A stretch of DNA of 54,070 nucleotides, the filler included, from Circinaria calcarea (taxonomy: Eukaryota): NCBI GenBank assembly GCA_051942165.1. It is 4 parts of 4 records of this genome, joined end to end, with 100 filler letters (N's around TTAATTAATTAA, not from the genome) between each part and the next. Parts side by side here need not be neighbours in the genome. Positions count along the whole stretch, not along the records: positions 1 to 13,460 come from JAVECS010000500.1; positions 13,561 to 26,999 come from JAVECS010000501.1; 2 more parts are not named here. One strand, 5' to 3'. This document shows positions 1 through 14,878 of the stretch, in pieces (positions within the stretch are counted from its first letter, which is position 1; the number at the start of each line of letters is the position of its first letter). Below the pieces are notes generated by a model. It had not been told where the DNA came from. It did not search any database and saw only the letters and a program-made list of their open reading frames with translations. The position numbers and the translations under genes are program-made.

Positions 1-609
1 GGGGTGATATTAGGAGTTAGGGGGGGGATGGAAAGGGGAAAGAGTCGAGGATAGGAAATTGGGTGATTAAGTGATTTAGTGATTGATTCAGAGGCGCTAG
101 GCGGAATAAGGTAGTGGGAAGGTAGTGAGAAGACGGGTACCTCCCCCTTACGGATGGAGGTGCTATAGCCGAGACGAGTGGGCGGTTGAGAGGAGGCGAA
201 GGGATGTATGCAGTCAAGGGATTATTGAGAGGAATAGGGAGAATCGTGGGATTAAGAGTCAACATTGCACGGAAAAAAGGGGGCGGATAGGGACGGTCAA
301 AGGGGAGAATGAGAAAGGCATTCTGGAAATTGCATGTAGGATTTTTTTTAAAAAGGAGTACAGTGCCGACAGGCATTGCCCACCGAGCCGTGGTATCTAT
401 GTTCAACGCCTCGCTCGTACCCTTAAACCGCATTTAATATACAAATCATCCGGCCGCCCCGCCTGCTTCCGGTCTCTCTAAATAGCGCCAGAGCAAGCAA
501 TGGTCATGATGACAAGGAGAACAGGCGAACAAGGACCTGCCGGTCTCCGATATGCAGAGTTCTTCTGCGGCAAAGTACAAAGAGAGACAGGGAAGTGATT
601 GTGCAGAGC

Positions 610-1249
610 TTAGACTTGAGCATCTAGACCCTGCTCCGGTTTCCCAGTCGGAACAGTTCGCGTGCGCCAAACGTGAAGGGCTGCAAGAACGGTCGTTACG
701 AGGAAGAGGAGCCTAGTTCGGCAACCTCGATTAGCAAAAATTCCGGCTAGGATACCCATCCCTTTGCTCCAGCATCGATCATCCAAGGCAAAATACATAC
801 CACTCAAACCCCCCAAACACCGCCGCCGCCCGCGCCGCCCGACAAACATTCCCCAAACACAAACTCAAGTGGCTCAAGAAAACCCCCAATGCGATGAACC
901 CGGCGAACCAAAACACGCTGGTGACGGCATCCAGAGCCAAAATAGCGTGTTTGTGGGCGAAGCGTGGGAAGTAGACGGGGCTAAGGGCGAGGTAGATGGT
1001 CACGAGGAGGGTCCAGAAGGAGACGAAGATGAGGAAGTTCACTTGGTTGGGGGAGTCGGAGGTGGTACGGGTGTTGTACCAGGATGCGACTGCGAGGCGT
1101 TAGTTGAGTAAGGTTCTTGGGGAAATAGAACTTGGCAACTGGGTTGGAATAGGGACTGAACTGAGCGTACCGTAGGCTGTGAGGCAGAGACTTATGATGG
1201 CGAAGACGGCCTGCACCGCGCGCAGGGGAGCCATGTAGTTGAATGTCAT
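610..1249 (-). CDS. MARVEL-domain membrane protein (3 exons)
   Basis: Spliced reading MTFNYMAPLRAVQAVFAIISLCLTAY/VASWY..SPNQVNFLIFVSFWTLLV..HAILALDAVTSVFWFAGFIALG..CLGNVCRAARAAAVFGGFEW/LLFLVTTVLA..: four hydrophobic helices with the MARVEL-type FWFAGFIAL and C-x3-C..A(A)VFG.FEW pattern; GT-AG introns. Confidence 0.8.
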
Positions 1250-1904
1250 TTTGGTTGATAAGTCGGTTGTTGAGGCAGGAAAGTGGTATAGCAATAGACA
1301 AAGTGTAGAGTTCTGGATATCTTAGGAATGTGGGTGTTGTGGATGATGAGTTTGTAAAGTCGATGGAATGTTCTTCCTGTCAAAGGATGATGGAGCAGGT
1401 AGCCGACAGTCGCTGATCAAAGCAACACGGTGGGACTTGTGAATGGATGAATGAATGAATAAAGGAAAGTAAAACAATTGGTAGGAAAGAAGGGAAAGGA
1501 AGGTCTTAAGCAAAGATCGCGGCGTGAATCAAGTGAACCAGGCACGCATGCTTTGTTTATTCTTGTTTGTTACAGAGTACTGTCGTCAAGCGTAGAAGGT
1601 CTGTCGAAACTGACGTAGGCGGATACCGTGGCCAATCAGAGAAGCGACATCCCGACCACGAGAGGTAACCGAAACGGCTTTTGGCAGAAATCTGCGACAA
1701 GCGCCAATCTACGGAGTAGCTTCAATGCCTTAAAACCAATTTAAGCATCGCGAGGCAGGAAACGAACAGACCCCAGTGCTGAAGATTCACCATCGGCTCC
1801 GTGATTGGAGTATCAACGCGTCAATATCGAACACCTACTCCCAGGGGGCAAGACGCGTGTCTAGGAGATCGGGCGTCTGTCTGGAAGGCCATCAGATCGG
1901 CGAC

Positions 1905-4900
1905 CTATGCCACTGACGCCCTGGCCAGTTTCTCACGCAAACAATCCATGGTAAATGTGCCCCAGCCATCACCTTTGGTTCCGACTCGGGTCTTACCCAC
2001 CACAGATGGCGCCATCATCGAATAAAGTCCATCTTTCTCGACCTTTTCCAATTCCTTCAAACACACCACCGCCGCAACGTAGCCAAAGCTATGCAGCGTG
2101 CCCACTTTGCTTCGCGGCCGCTCCTCACTGATGGCAATTGCGAGACAGGCCATCGACCGGGCAAGCGCATCCTCGCTCCTCGCTCCATTTTCATCCTCTT
2201 TCACGATGCAATCGATGATGAATGCAACGTCGCGGTCAAACTTCTCCTTCATGGTAACGGATGCCTCTCGCTGTCGCTTGCTCTGGGGTCCGTACCGCCC
2301 CACAATGTCACCGGCAAACACCTCGACCTCGCTTAGGTACTGGAGCGGGTGAAGGCTGTACTGGGACATTGTATCTACCATATATTCTTCATACCTAAAG
2401 GAGACATCAGCTGTCGTGAACGTCTTGATAGCCTAGCAGATCGCTCACATATCCTTGATTTCGCGGGCCCAAGCGGAGAGGTGTGTCCATTGAATGTGGG
2501 CAGCCTTTTTTTCGACATGAGGCCATAGCCCTAGGAGGAGCAACTGATCCGACTTAGAGGCGTCGATCGATCGGTCAGAGTTACCTTGCAGGTTTGTGAA
2601 GAAGGTTTCTTCATCAATGGCACGGTACAACTTGCCCAGAACCTTATCACTCTTGTAGTATTGCGTTGACCCAGTGTCCATTGGGGATGCAGCCAGGTAT
2701 CCATCTTCATCCTCATCTTCCTGTCCAAAATCATCGGGGTCATCAAACTTGGGTCGGCCTTGTTCCAATGCAATACGCGGCCCCGGAGCCATGAAATCTG
2801 GCTTGTATCTGTTGTAACGTGGGAGATTTGAAAGATCGACCTAGAGTCATTCGTTAGCAGTGTGCGTTAGTAGAGGAGGTTCGGTTCTCATTAGCGACTG
2901 AGTATGTTATGTAGATGTAACCCTCACAAAATAGGGATCCCTTATCGGAAGAATAGATACTCTATATCGGAAATGTTATCGTACTCACCGGTATCCCTGT
3001 CTTGGAGAAGTCAACTGCAGTCGAGTGTTTATTGGCAAGCAAGAGGCAATCGGGATCCAAGGTACCCGAGTCCCGCTGGTCGGCGAGCACCTGATGCAAG
3101 GTTGCAATTCTTCCCAACTGGTCGTTCTCCATGAATTGAATGAAGAAATCCGTCATATGACTACGCTCTACCTTCGTTCCAATATCCACAGGAGCCACCC
3201 GAGGATAGTCGGCGGGTACCATGACGCGATCTGGTAGTAAACCAGGATGATAAATGATGTTGTAAAGGTCTCCGTCGAGGTCCCCACCGCTCAACTGACT
3301 GGGAAGGTCCCTCTGTCCTTTTTGGCTAAAGACAACACAATTATGCAAAGCCTGAAGAGGCGATTCCGGAGGTACGTTGACAGCGTCTGCATATTGTATG
3401 TCGCCTGGATGCAGCGCAGGAGATCTAGTGACCGCTACATGGCCAGTGATGATAGATCTCCCCTCACTTTCCGTCTCAACCACGCAGAATATCTCACCCT
3501 CTTCTAAATATCCAGTCTCGTCCATAATGCCAAAGACGGTAAGAGCATCCTCCACCAATATTCGCGAGCGATACTTTAGAGCACGCAACTGCACAAGGAT
3601 GGCTAGTTCGAGGACGTCTCGGAGGAAGCCATCTATCTGAAATGGCAAGCCCATATCATTGAGCTTTTCAATCAACCATGGTACACGTGCAGCGTCAGCA
3701 ATATGACTTCGTGTCAGGAAGGTTGCAGCGTTAATAGGGCTGCGGGTGACACTGCGTAGCCTTTCAACAGCACTTTCCTGAAGACTCAAAAATACCTGGT
3801 GCTGAACTCCGAGGTCTTCCAAGATTTTGATGATCTGACGATTGAGATAAAATGGCAGTGGGCGGATTGCGGAGCCACAAATCTCTATCTCACTAGCATT
3901 TGATCCCGTGAATTTAACCATGGAAGGTCGGAGAGCAAGAGCGTCACCTTCCAATCTCGGGTCCACTGAAATCATACCCTTGGCACCTAGTTTTGTGTGT
4001 TAGCAGTGCATCGTTGTAGAAACGAAAGTCGAAGGGAAAAATGAAAATGATACAATATATGAAATTACAGACTGGATAAAAGGATGTAGGGGTGCGTAGA
4101 TGAGGTATATTGGGCTTCAAAGGGACTGGAGGCATACCTGCAAAGCGTATCTGAAACAGAGTAGGCTTGAGCTTATGAGACTGCGCGTACAATTCACAAA
4201 TTCTATTGTGAACCAAATACGATATCAACCCGCACCCGTCACTAAATGTACGACCAGACCGCTCGATATCTGCTATTATACGAACGCTCTCGATTGGAAT
4301 GCCAACGGCAATCAGAGTGTCCGAGAATGCTTGGCCGATGCGAGCAGCACATTTGGCAGGGGAACGGATTGCGGAGAAATCACCGATCTTTGCTATGACT
4401 GCTCTAGCATGTAGCAATTCGCCGTTGTGCGTAAAGGGCGCCATGAACCAGCACGATTGAGCACGAAGGGACGAGTGCGAGAACCCAAGGAATTCAAATC
4501 CTTGACCAGCGATGTTTAAAATGCCGTCAAGAACCTTCTTGAATCTATTATGATATATCTCCTCATTGGAAACGCTGGAGCTGAAGCGGATCGGGTCTCC
4601 ATCCTCATCTGCAAAAGTAACTTTCAAAAAATAGTCCCGATAGTCGGAATATATTCGTAAGACTCGATTCAAGGGTTCTTGGTCCGGTCCGTAAAGATAT
4701 GTACCAGCCGGAGTAACGGTTGCTTTATGGATGGTCACATAGCTCTCAACTTTTCTTGAACTAGCCGAGAGGTAGGAATGTTCCTCTTTACTTGCTGCTT
4801 CGTTCTTTTTAAGAAGCTCTAGAAGCCTCGTCACTTTGAAATCCTCCACTTCTGCCCCTGGTCCGGGAAACGGGATCTGATTGAATATTCTACGCAAGGC

Positions 4901-5977
4901 ATCCACACAGACCGGCAGCGAGGAGCGCTTTCCCATCTCGGAAACTGTTGGTAGAAGTTCTATGACCTTCGCTGGGCTTAGATATCCATTCTGAACTAAT
5001 TTCTGCATTTGAAATTTGAGACCAAATGGAATGTCGTCATATTGTGTTGCAAGCGCTGTTGATAATCGAGTTTGTTCCGAGGCATAGGTCCTCCTGGGCT
5101 CGAGTATTATTGCGTGCCACGGATAAATATCGGGTATCTCGCGAGACTTTTTCAAGGCGTTTATACTGTCCAAAGCCGTATCCGATAGCTCGATCTGGTA
5201 CACAAAACAGCTAGAAAATACACCACCGTGCGCTCTCGAAATACACGGGACTCTAGTCCATCTAGGTTTAGTTGCCTGCCGGCTTTTGAGATAAGGACGC
5301 AAAGTTTGCAGGACAAAAAGGGTAGGATCCGTAGATACGAGGTCTGCCTTATAGGTCTTTGGAGCCTCTGACAGGGTCAAAGTGAGAGACAGCCTATCTT
5401 CAGTCCCGCTTGTCAGGCTATGAATGCTGGAAAAGGGTACTTCGATGCGATATTGGGCTGGTTGGCCTAAAAGTATCGCTAGTGCTGTTTTGCCGAATAG
5501 TAAGGTTCCTCCTCGCACATCTGAAAAGTGCGGGGTGAAGGTGAGTTCTGAGCCCAGATAATCCCATAGACCGCACGAAAATACGAAGAAATCAAACTTT
5601 CGCTCCAGCTTTTTGCTTACAACCTTGACGGCTTTCGGCACATTTTTCTTCTTGCTGTTATCCTCTTCGTGTTGTAAAGTGCGCAGCAGGTACGGGTCCG
5701 CAGCGTGTCTACTGGGCAAGAAGTGGATGGCTCTCGTCATGTACCGAAGCTGCTGTACTGTCTGGAACGCTTGAGTCCTCTCCGTTTGTTGGCCATGGAT
5801 AGTGAGGAATGAAAGCCCGTCGGAGTGGTGCAGGAAGGTCAAAGTAGCACATCCTCGCTTTGACACCTTCTGACAGGCAAAAGTACGAATAGATAGCCTG
5901 GCAAGGATGGGACGCAAGAACCTTTCTAGCTGTTTTTCCGAAGTCTGGTCGGGCAAGTTATGAATGAAGACCTGCAT
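1905..5977 (-). CDS. RNA-dependent RNA polymerase (eukaryotic RNAi RdRP) with N-terminal RRM-like domain, 4 exons
   Basis: Motifs FSHSSLR, SPAKCAARIGQAFS, FSDGCG, FQIRFAG/AKG, RSPALHPGDIQ, catalytic SGGDLDGD, LA..HSTAVDFSKTG; N-terminal MQVFIHNLP..GCATLTF (RRM-like); introns about 4137-3988, 2988-2842 and 2450-2397; exact 3' end uncertain. Confidence 0.93.
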
Positions 5978-6678
5978 CGCGTATAAAGAGCTTGAAATGC
6001 GCAAACTCGGGCCGATCACTCGAAGCAGAAATAATGATGATAATGGTAGTAGGAAAGTAGCCTTACTAGCCGCACGCAGAGGCCCAAAGTCATGAGGCAG
6101 GTTTAGTTCTTCCAAGAATGAAAGCTCATCTGATCATGCGAATTCCGCAAAGAAGGGAATGGGGTAGAGAAGTAAGAGTGTGTAGAGAGTGTGTAGGGAT
6201 GATAAGAAATGGAAATGTGAGGGGTAGGCTGAATGAACTGACGATGCCAACTGTGCCTCACTCGATCTCGCGCAAGGTCGATCAATAATACAACACCAAG
6301 TCTACTTGGTGAGGGGGAAGTGGTGCTGCTCGGGGAGCACAACAGACTGCGGCCCTCTCATACGTGGAGGGACGACTGCAGCTGATTACCTATAAGCTTT
6401 GCAGCAGCAGCACACCGTAGGACATTCGGATTGCTCGACGATCAATTCATCCCAGACTATGATACAGATCTAACATGCACCACAGGGGAGAGGATTCGAT
6501 GCGCGAAAGAGGCTACTTCTTCTACTAGACTGGCAGAAGAGTGCTGCTTGATGGCATTCCCTAAGCAAATACATGTAAAAGCACTGTGGCTCGTGTGGTT
6601 GGCTGAAGGGGGGAAATGTTTCTGGCCGCGCTAGGGAGTATTTTAACGCCGAACCCTTGGGATTAGAGTTAATCCGCC

Positions 6679-6688
6679 ATGACGCCAT
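6679..6688 (+). promoter_or_regulatory. CYS3/MetR-type sulfur-regulatory site ATGACGCCAT
   Basis: Exact match to ATGRYRYCAT, about 165 bp upstream of the MET17 ATG. Confidence 0.55.
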
Positions 6689-6851
6689 CCCCCCACTCTG
6701 CCTCACGCGGCCGATCAGACAGAAAACGCGGGGGGTTGTTTGTCTGAAGGCGTACCTGCATTTCGACGTTTTGACCGTTTCCTTTGACCCTGACAGGTCC
6801 GGCAGCTTCAATCGAGACAATCTAGGATAACTGCTAGCGAAAGTATACAAG

Positions 6852-8529
<1,678 letters not shown>

Positions 8530-8958
8530 AGCATCTACCTACAACCTCAGGACTCTGTGACTGTTGGTAATAATTCGTCCCCTATAGAGAAGCCCTGCTT
8601 GGAATAAGGAACACCATCGACCCTAGGTGACTTCTTACCTAGGAGGTGTGTGGTGTTTATACTTGGGTGCGAGACGGGAAATAGTTAGAACTATAGAACG
8701 GAAGGCCCGTGCAAGCGCAGAAACCGGTTGAAGATATCAAGCTCCGGGGCCGTCAATTCCCCGAATGATCTGGGCTGAGAGGGTACTCCATACGGGACAA
8801 CATTAGAAGTAGAAATTCGTACTCGATTTCTGAATCTAGAAGTCCGATCGACTGTTGTACATGAGATTGATCATACTTCCTCCGTGAGATCAGGGCCGGA
8901 GGATTGCGGGTGACGATAGATGATCTGCTCAAGGAGGTCATCGTGCAGCTGCAAAAAG

Positions 8959-8964
8959 CCGAGG
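8959..8964 (+). promoter_or_regulatory. FarA/CTF1-type fatty-acid response site CCGAGG
   Basis: CCGAGG (=CCTCGG) upstream of an acyl-CoA synthetase; a 6-mer can occur by chance. Confidence 0.35.
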
Positions 8965-9274
8965 TACATTATTATCCTTAGAATAGATACTCGAGTCCAT
9001 TCTGCCATGTGCCTAGCATATCGCGCCGTCACTACCTTTTCTCCTCCTTCAAAACCGTCTTCACCTGTGTCTTCTTTGTCATAACCTAAATCCAAGGACG
9101 GAATATACTGCTCTGTGCGCGTCTCCAGTTGTTTCTATATGGTAAAGGTAAGTAGCAAGCTGTTCTGCGGAATAAGTGTTTCTGCACAAACTAACGTTGC
9201 AACACCTCAGAAGTACAAAGACATCTAATTTATTCCAGTTGTCTACAGAACCCGAAGTCTTCGCACCACCAAAA

Positions 9275-11630
9275 ATGGCTCACCTGGCATTTGCAAAAGA
9301 AGTCCTTGCTCCTCCCCCTGTCGGATCACCCTACTCGGTCGCCTTGCCGGGTACTGAGCAACAGGACCGGAGTCCAGTCTATAGACATTGGCGCTTTCAG
9401 AAGACACTGCTGGACACATTGGATCCTCATGTATGTAATAACTCGGCCTTATAGTGCTGTAGAGCTCCTACAAATGCTAATGCACTCTTCAGGTACTTAC
9501 AGCGCATGAAATGTTCGAACAGGCTGGTTAGCTACTCCTTACTATTCTATAATGAGCGCAGGCAATTAACGCGGCTCAGCGAATCGGGTCCCTCAAAATC
9601 GATGCCTAGGCTATAGGCCATTCGAGCCTTTGACAAAGACATTCGGTCCCTACCAATGGATAGACTATCAAACAGTACAGCAACGACGAGCAAGGTATGG
9701 TGCTGGTATTGTTGAGGCACACAAAAGGGTTGGTATTTCGGAGGGCAAACACGGCGTAGGGTTATGGTGTCAAAACCGTCCGGAATGGCAACTGACGGGT
9801 AAGAGTTGCCCGAGATTCGCCAACAGGTCCATTATTAATTCGATGCTGTAGATCTGGCCTGTATGTCGCAGTCATTCTACACTGTCTCTCTCTACGATAC
9901 CTTGGGACCCTCAGCCGTTGAGTATATAATCAATCACGCTTCCCTAGCGTGCGTTGCTACATCATTACCGCATATTGCAACCCTCCTGAAACTGAAGCCG
10001 CGACTGCCAACTCTGAAAATAATAATATCTCTCGATCCTCTCGACGCAGGGGAGCAAGCAGGGCACACGAAGCTAGACATACTCTCGTCCTTAGCTGCGG
10101 AGCACGGCATTCAGGTGTACTCGATTCACCAGGTCGAAGCTCTTGGTGATTCCTTGGGTCCAGTGCAATTGAATCCTCCTGTGCCATCCGATATTATCAC
10201 TATAAATTATACTTCTGGAACAACAGGACCTCCCAAAGGGGTGCTTCTAACTCATCGCGCTGCTGTAGCTGCTGCATCGTCGTCTCTTTGCACAATTGAG
10301 CATAGTCCCTCGGACGTTCTCTGTTCATATCTGCCTTTGGCTCACATCTATGCGCGGATGGTGGAACACGGTGGTCTCTGGGCCGGCGGCGCAGTCGGGT
10401 ATTTTCATGGTGATATCCTAAACTTGGTCGAGGATTTGAAGCTTCTTCGACCCACCGCCTTCACCTCTGTACCTCGACTGTACAATCGGTTTGGTGGTGC
10501 CATTCGTGCAGCAACGACTTCTCAACCAGGGGTCAAAGGTGCTTTGGCCCGACACATTGTGAGCACTAAGACTGCCTACTTAAAAGACCCTGATGCACCA
10601 TATGCGACGAATAAACATGCCTTCTATGATCGTATTTGGGGCCGTAAAGTCGCCTCTGCTCTTGGGCTAGAACGTTCCAAGGCCATGATTTCCGGCTCAG
10701 CTCCCCTCGACCCGACTCTCCACCAATATCTCCGTATTGTGCTTGGAAATCATTTCATCCAAGGCTATGGGCTCACAGAAACCTACGCCATCGGCCTCGC
10801 TCAGATTTCTGGTGACCTGTCGACTGGGAATTGTGGTGGTGTGATGGTAGCAGATGAAGTCTGTCTTGCGAGTGTGCCGGACATGGAGTACCTAGTCAGC
10901 GACAAACCGAACCCACGAGGTGAATTACTGGTCAGGGGCAATTCTCTCTTCAGTGGTTACTACCGTAATGAAGAAGAAACGAGCAAAGCCATGCTTCCAG
11001 ATGGCTGGTTCCGCACCGGAGATATCTGTTCAGTCGATTCCCGTGGACGCTTCAGGATCATCGATCGCGTCAAGAACGTCCTCAAACTCGCCCAGGGCGA
11101 ATACATCTCCCCGGAGCGCATTGAGAACGTCTACCTGTCCCACATTCCCTACCTCTCTCAAGCCTACGTTCATGGCGATTCGATGCAAACCTTTCTCGTA
11201 GCCATCTTTGGCGTTTTGCCCGAGACGTTCGCCCCTTTTGCGAGTAAAGTGATCGGCAGGACCATCGAAGCGACCGATCTACAAGCTGTTGCGGCTGCGT
11301 GCAAAGATAAGAAGGTCCGGAAAGAGGTCTGTAAGGAAATGGAAAGAGTAGGGAGAAAGAACAAGTTTATGGGATACGAGAGGGTGAGGAATTGCTATTT
11401 GTATCTGGAACCTTTTACGATTGATAATGAGCTTCTAACACCGACGTAAGTTTCCTCGTGTATCTTAGATGTATTTTAATTGAAGTGTGAAATTAATGGT
11501 GGTGTATAGGTTAAAGCTCAAGCGGCCGCAGACGGCGAAGAAATATCGCACGGAACTGGACGAGCTCTATGCGGAGGCGTTGGAGGAGGAGAAGGGGAAT
11601 GGAAATGGAAATGGAAAGGCGAAGCTGTAG
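9275..11630 (+). CDS. Long-chain fatty acyl-CoA synthetase, peroxisomal (FaaB/Faa2-like), multi-exon
   Basis: AMP-binding motif INYTSGTTGPPKG, SYLPLAHI, QGYGLTET, GWFRTGD, IIDRVKNVLKLAQGEYISPE; last exon ends ..GNGKAKL* (PTS1). An upstream ATG at 9139 spliced to ~9239 is an alternative in-frame start. Confidence 0.92.
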
Positions 11631-12659
11631 ATGGTTCTTACGTACCCGTTTACCAAGTAGTAGAGTGGCATCTACCGCTGAGATCGGTGGTACGCAGCCG
11701 CGAAGTGACGACTTGCATTTAGCCTTTGCTTTGTACTATTTTACAAGTACCTTGCCTCCGTAGTTATCGAGACCTAGGTACCTCACCTTTGTACTTGTAC
11801 CCGTTTAGCGATATTGCTAATCTCGTGATTGTGATGGCGACAAGTAGCTGTGTGACGATGTTGAATCATTTACTCCAGCTGGATCTCCCTTTCTGCCCGG
11901 CCCCAGGGTACGCAACTTGACAAATCACTTGTTACCGCTCGCAGACATGTAGATAAGGGAATGGGAATGGATACTGAAAGGTAAAGGTAAAGGTAAAGTT
12001 AGGGGTCTTGTCTCTACCGTCTAGTACATTTCATAAACCACAAGAATCCCGTCTCTATGGACGGGTGTTGCTGTTCTCAACTATCTGGCTACCTCTGGCG
12101 CAATATGGTACTCGCAAAATCGAAATTGAGATTGAAGTTGATAAGTCGAGTATAGAAGTCTGGATGCGTTACAGTAATGGGCCAAGGCCTCCGTGACGAT
12201 GATGGTGAGTTTGGATAGGGTTTGTGTATTGTGTGAAATGTGAAGGCAGGCAAATGGGGAGGTTGGTTAAGTACCTAAGGAGTCTGATAAATGATATTCT
12301 TATCACTATAATCCACCAAATCAATTGCTTTGATCTTAACAACCGAATAATATCTCGTACTCACCCTCAGGTTTCTAAGAAACATTTCATATGGATGTCT
12401 CCCTGTCGCTTTTGACACTTTCATGTCAAATCTACCATCTTCGTATTTGCTCCCATTTTCCCACCTCGCCCTTCCTAGCCATCATACATCCTACCCGCCC
12501 TAAAGAGGTTCCCATAGCCCAATTCAGCCCTCGTCAATACGAATTGCTCCGGTAGAATAGCCCTTAAGCTCCCTGCTGATTTTGCATCTCCGCCTAGTCC
12601 TTCATGCCCAACCGTACATTAGAAACAATAATAAAATAAGTGCCAAGATCGAAAAAAGG

Positions 12660-13460
12660 GTCCAGGAAAAAAGTCTCAGTCCCGTGACGAACTTCAAAAC
12701 TCGATCTCGAAAGCATTCGCACTTGCAGTTTCAATGCACCCACTAAAAATCAAGGGTTTTCTAAGAATAGAGGCTCAAATTAAAGAGCGTTATTCAAAGA
12801 TCTAAATAAGCCCCTATTTATAAAAATCTATTCAGAGGCGCAATAATTATATCGCATTGAATATATTGGTATGCCTGGGAACAGGCGGAAGAGTATGTTA
12901 AAATTTTAAGTGCTAAGAAAAAGTCTCAGTCACGTGATATTCTCGCGGGCGCAATTCGGCTGTCCCTTATGCTCTATAACATGCAGTGTTAATATGATCA
13001 CGAATTTTCAACGCATTTCTAAAAATGAAAGATCATATGAAAGCTCTAATTATGGCCTTGAAAATGAGCCCCTATTTGCCAGAATTAGTAATATAGGTAG
13101 TAGTAAAAGTCGCATATAATATATATATATACGTGGGAACTGCGCGGAACTGCGCGGAATAGAACTCCCGAACCTCCGAACTTCCGAACCTCCGAATCTG
13201 CGAGCGCATTGCCACCACGCACACTATAATTTTCGCAGTTAAATATGATTTTTTCTACACTACCGATTTTAGCAAATAAAAACGGCATTTGAAATAGCTT
13301 ATTCAGCACATAAATATGAGCTTCTATGCACGTATTTTTATTAAAAATTGATGGAGCAATTGAAGGTGGGGATTTCACGTAGAATTCGCATAATATTCGC
13401 ATAGTGGAAAAGCGCATACTATGTTCTCCACTATCATTTTCCCAGCGAAATATGATTTTT
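12660..13460. repeat. AT-rich repetitive/palindromic tract at contig end, probable transposon or satellite remnant
   Basis: AAAAAGTCTCAGTC(C/A)CGTGA at ~12668 and ~12918; CACTAT(A/C)ATTTT..AAATATGATTTTT at 13222 and 13429; short GAACTGCGCG and CCGAAC(C/T)T iterations; no coding signal. Confidence 0.45.
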
Positions 13461-13560
13461 NNNNNNNNNNNNNNNNNNNNNNNNNNNNNNNNNNNNNNNN
13501 NNNNTTAATTAATTAANNNNNNNNNNNNNNNNNNNNNNNNNNNNNNNNNNNNNNNNNNNN
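13461..13560. other. Artificial contig-joining spacer (N44-TTAATTAATTAA-N44)
   Basis: 100-bp spacer with all-frame stop linker; identical at three positions. Confidence 0.97.
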
Positions 13561-14878
13561 CACTCGGAAATCTGGGACAAAGGAAGGCCAGGTTCAAATG
13601 ATACGAGAAGCAAACGGAAGTGTCACTGCACATCAATGGTCACAAAGCACTCAGCAGTGGCTGAATGTTGGGACCGTGGTGGATGCTGTTGGAAGTAGTG
13701 GAAAGAAAAAGGACTATCTCGGCATCGATTATGACTATGTCTTTGACGTTGATATCGAAGAAGGCAAGCCACCTCTTAAATTACCATACAACCTCTCGCA
13801 AAACCCCTATGAAGCTGCAACAAAGTTTATCGAGGACAACGAGCTACCCATCGGCTATCTCGACCAAGTGGCAAATTTTATTACGACCAACACACAAGGT
13901 GCAACCATTGGACAGTCATCGAACCCTGCTCCTGCGGGAGCTGATCCGTGGGGTACAGAGTCCAGGTATAGGCCCGGCGAGACGTCCTCCGCACCTTCAG
14001 CCTCATCCGCACCAACCCCAAGACCTAAGATACTGCCCCAAACCCAATATCTATCTATCAACACTGCCAATCTCAAGACGATCCAGAAGAAGATTGAAGA
14101 ACTCAATGCACAGCTGATCAAGGATGGATCTAAAGATATCGCGTTGGATTCTGCAGAGATAGAGACGCTTCGAGAGCTTACAAAGCATCTTGAGCAGAGT
14201 CCATCTCTTGCATCAAAGCCTAGCTCTGCAGTTACAAAGGGACTGGAATTGATCATGGGTATAGTCACTTATTGGCCTCCTGCACAGCGACTACCGAGTA
14301 TTGATCTTCTTCGTCTATTGGCTGCCGCTACCCCTGCGACAGCGGAATTCAGAACATCAGGCGAGGGTAGTATTGTCGAAGCCCTTGAAAGTAGCGGTGT
14401 TTTCGAGGATAAAGAGAGGAGTAATAACATCATGTTGGCCGTCCGAGCCTTTGTCAACCTTTTCGAAACAGGAAAGGGTCGGGACTTGGTCGACACCCAA
14501 TACGACAAGATCCATAGACTCGTCCAGTCGGTGTCGGAGGGTACTACAAATCGCAACGTTGCAATCGCTGTGGCTACTCTGTACATCAACTACGCCGTCC
14601 TCCTTACATCGACATCTCATTCAGGACTGCCCTCATCCATGGACCGCGGCATAGAACTCATGAACAATTTAACAGGCATCATTTCTACTGCTACGGATTC
14701 AGAGGCCATTTACCGTGGTCTTGTCGCAGCAGGCACGCTGCTGGTTCTTGGAGAAGGGGTGCAGATGGCTGCAAAGGAGATTTATGATCTGCCGGGAGCA
14801 CTGCAGAAGGCGGAGAAGGGGATCAAGGAACCCAGGATCACGAGAGTGATTTCGGAAATTAGGGATCTGCTAAAGTAG
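13561..14878 (+). CDS. DOA1: Ubiquitin homeostasis protein Doa1/Ufd3 (PLAA), 5'-truncated at contig edge: PFU and PUL domains
   Basis: PFU motifs GTKEGQVQMIRE, DYDYVFDVDIEEGKPPLKLPYNLSQNPYEAATKF, YLDQVANFITTNT; PUL motifs WPPAQRLPSIDLLRL, NNIMLAVRAFVNLF, DSEAIYRGLVAAGTL. Confidence 0.93.

Noticed and set aside
13505..13516. TTAATTAATTAA as a biological motif (e.g. piggyBac TTAA target)
   Set aside because: Embedded in N runs identically three times; it is an assembly linker.
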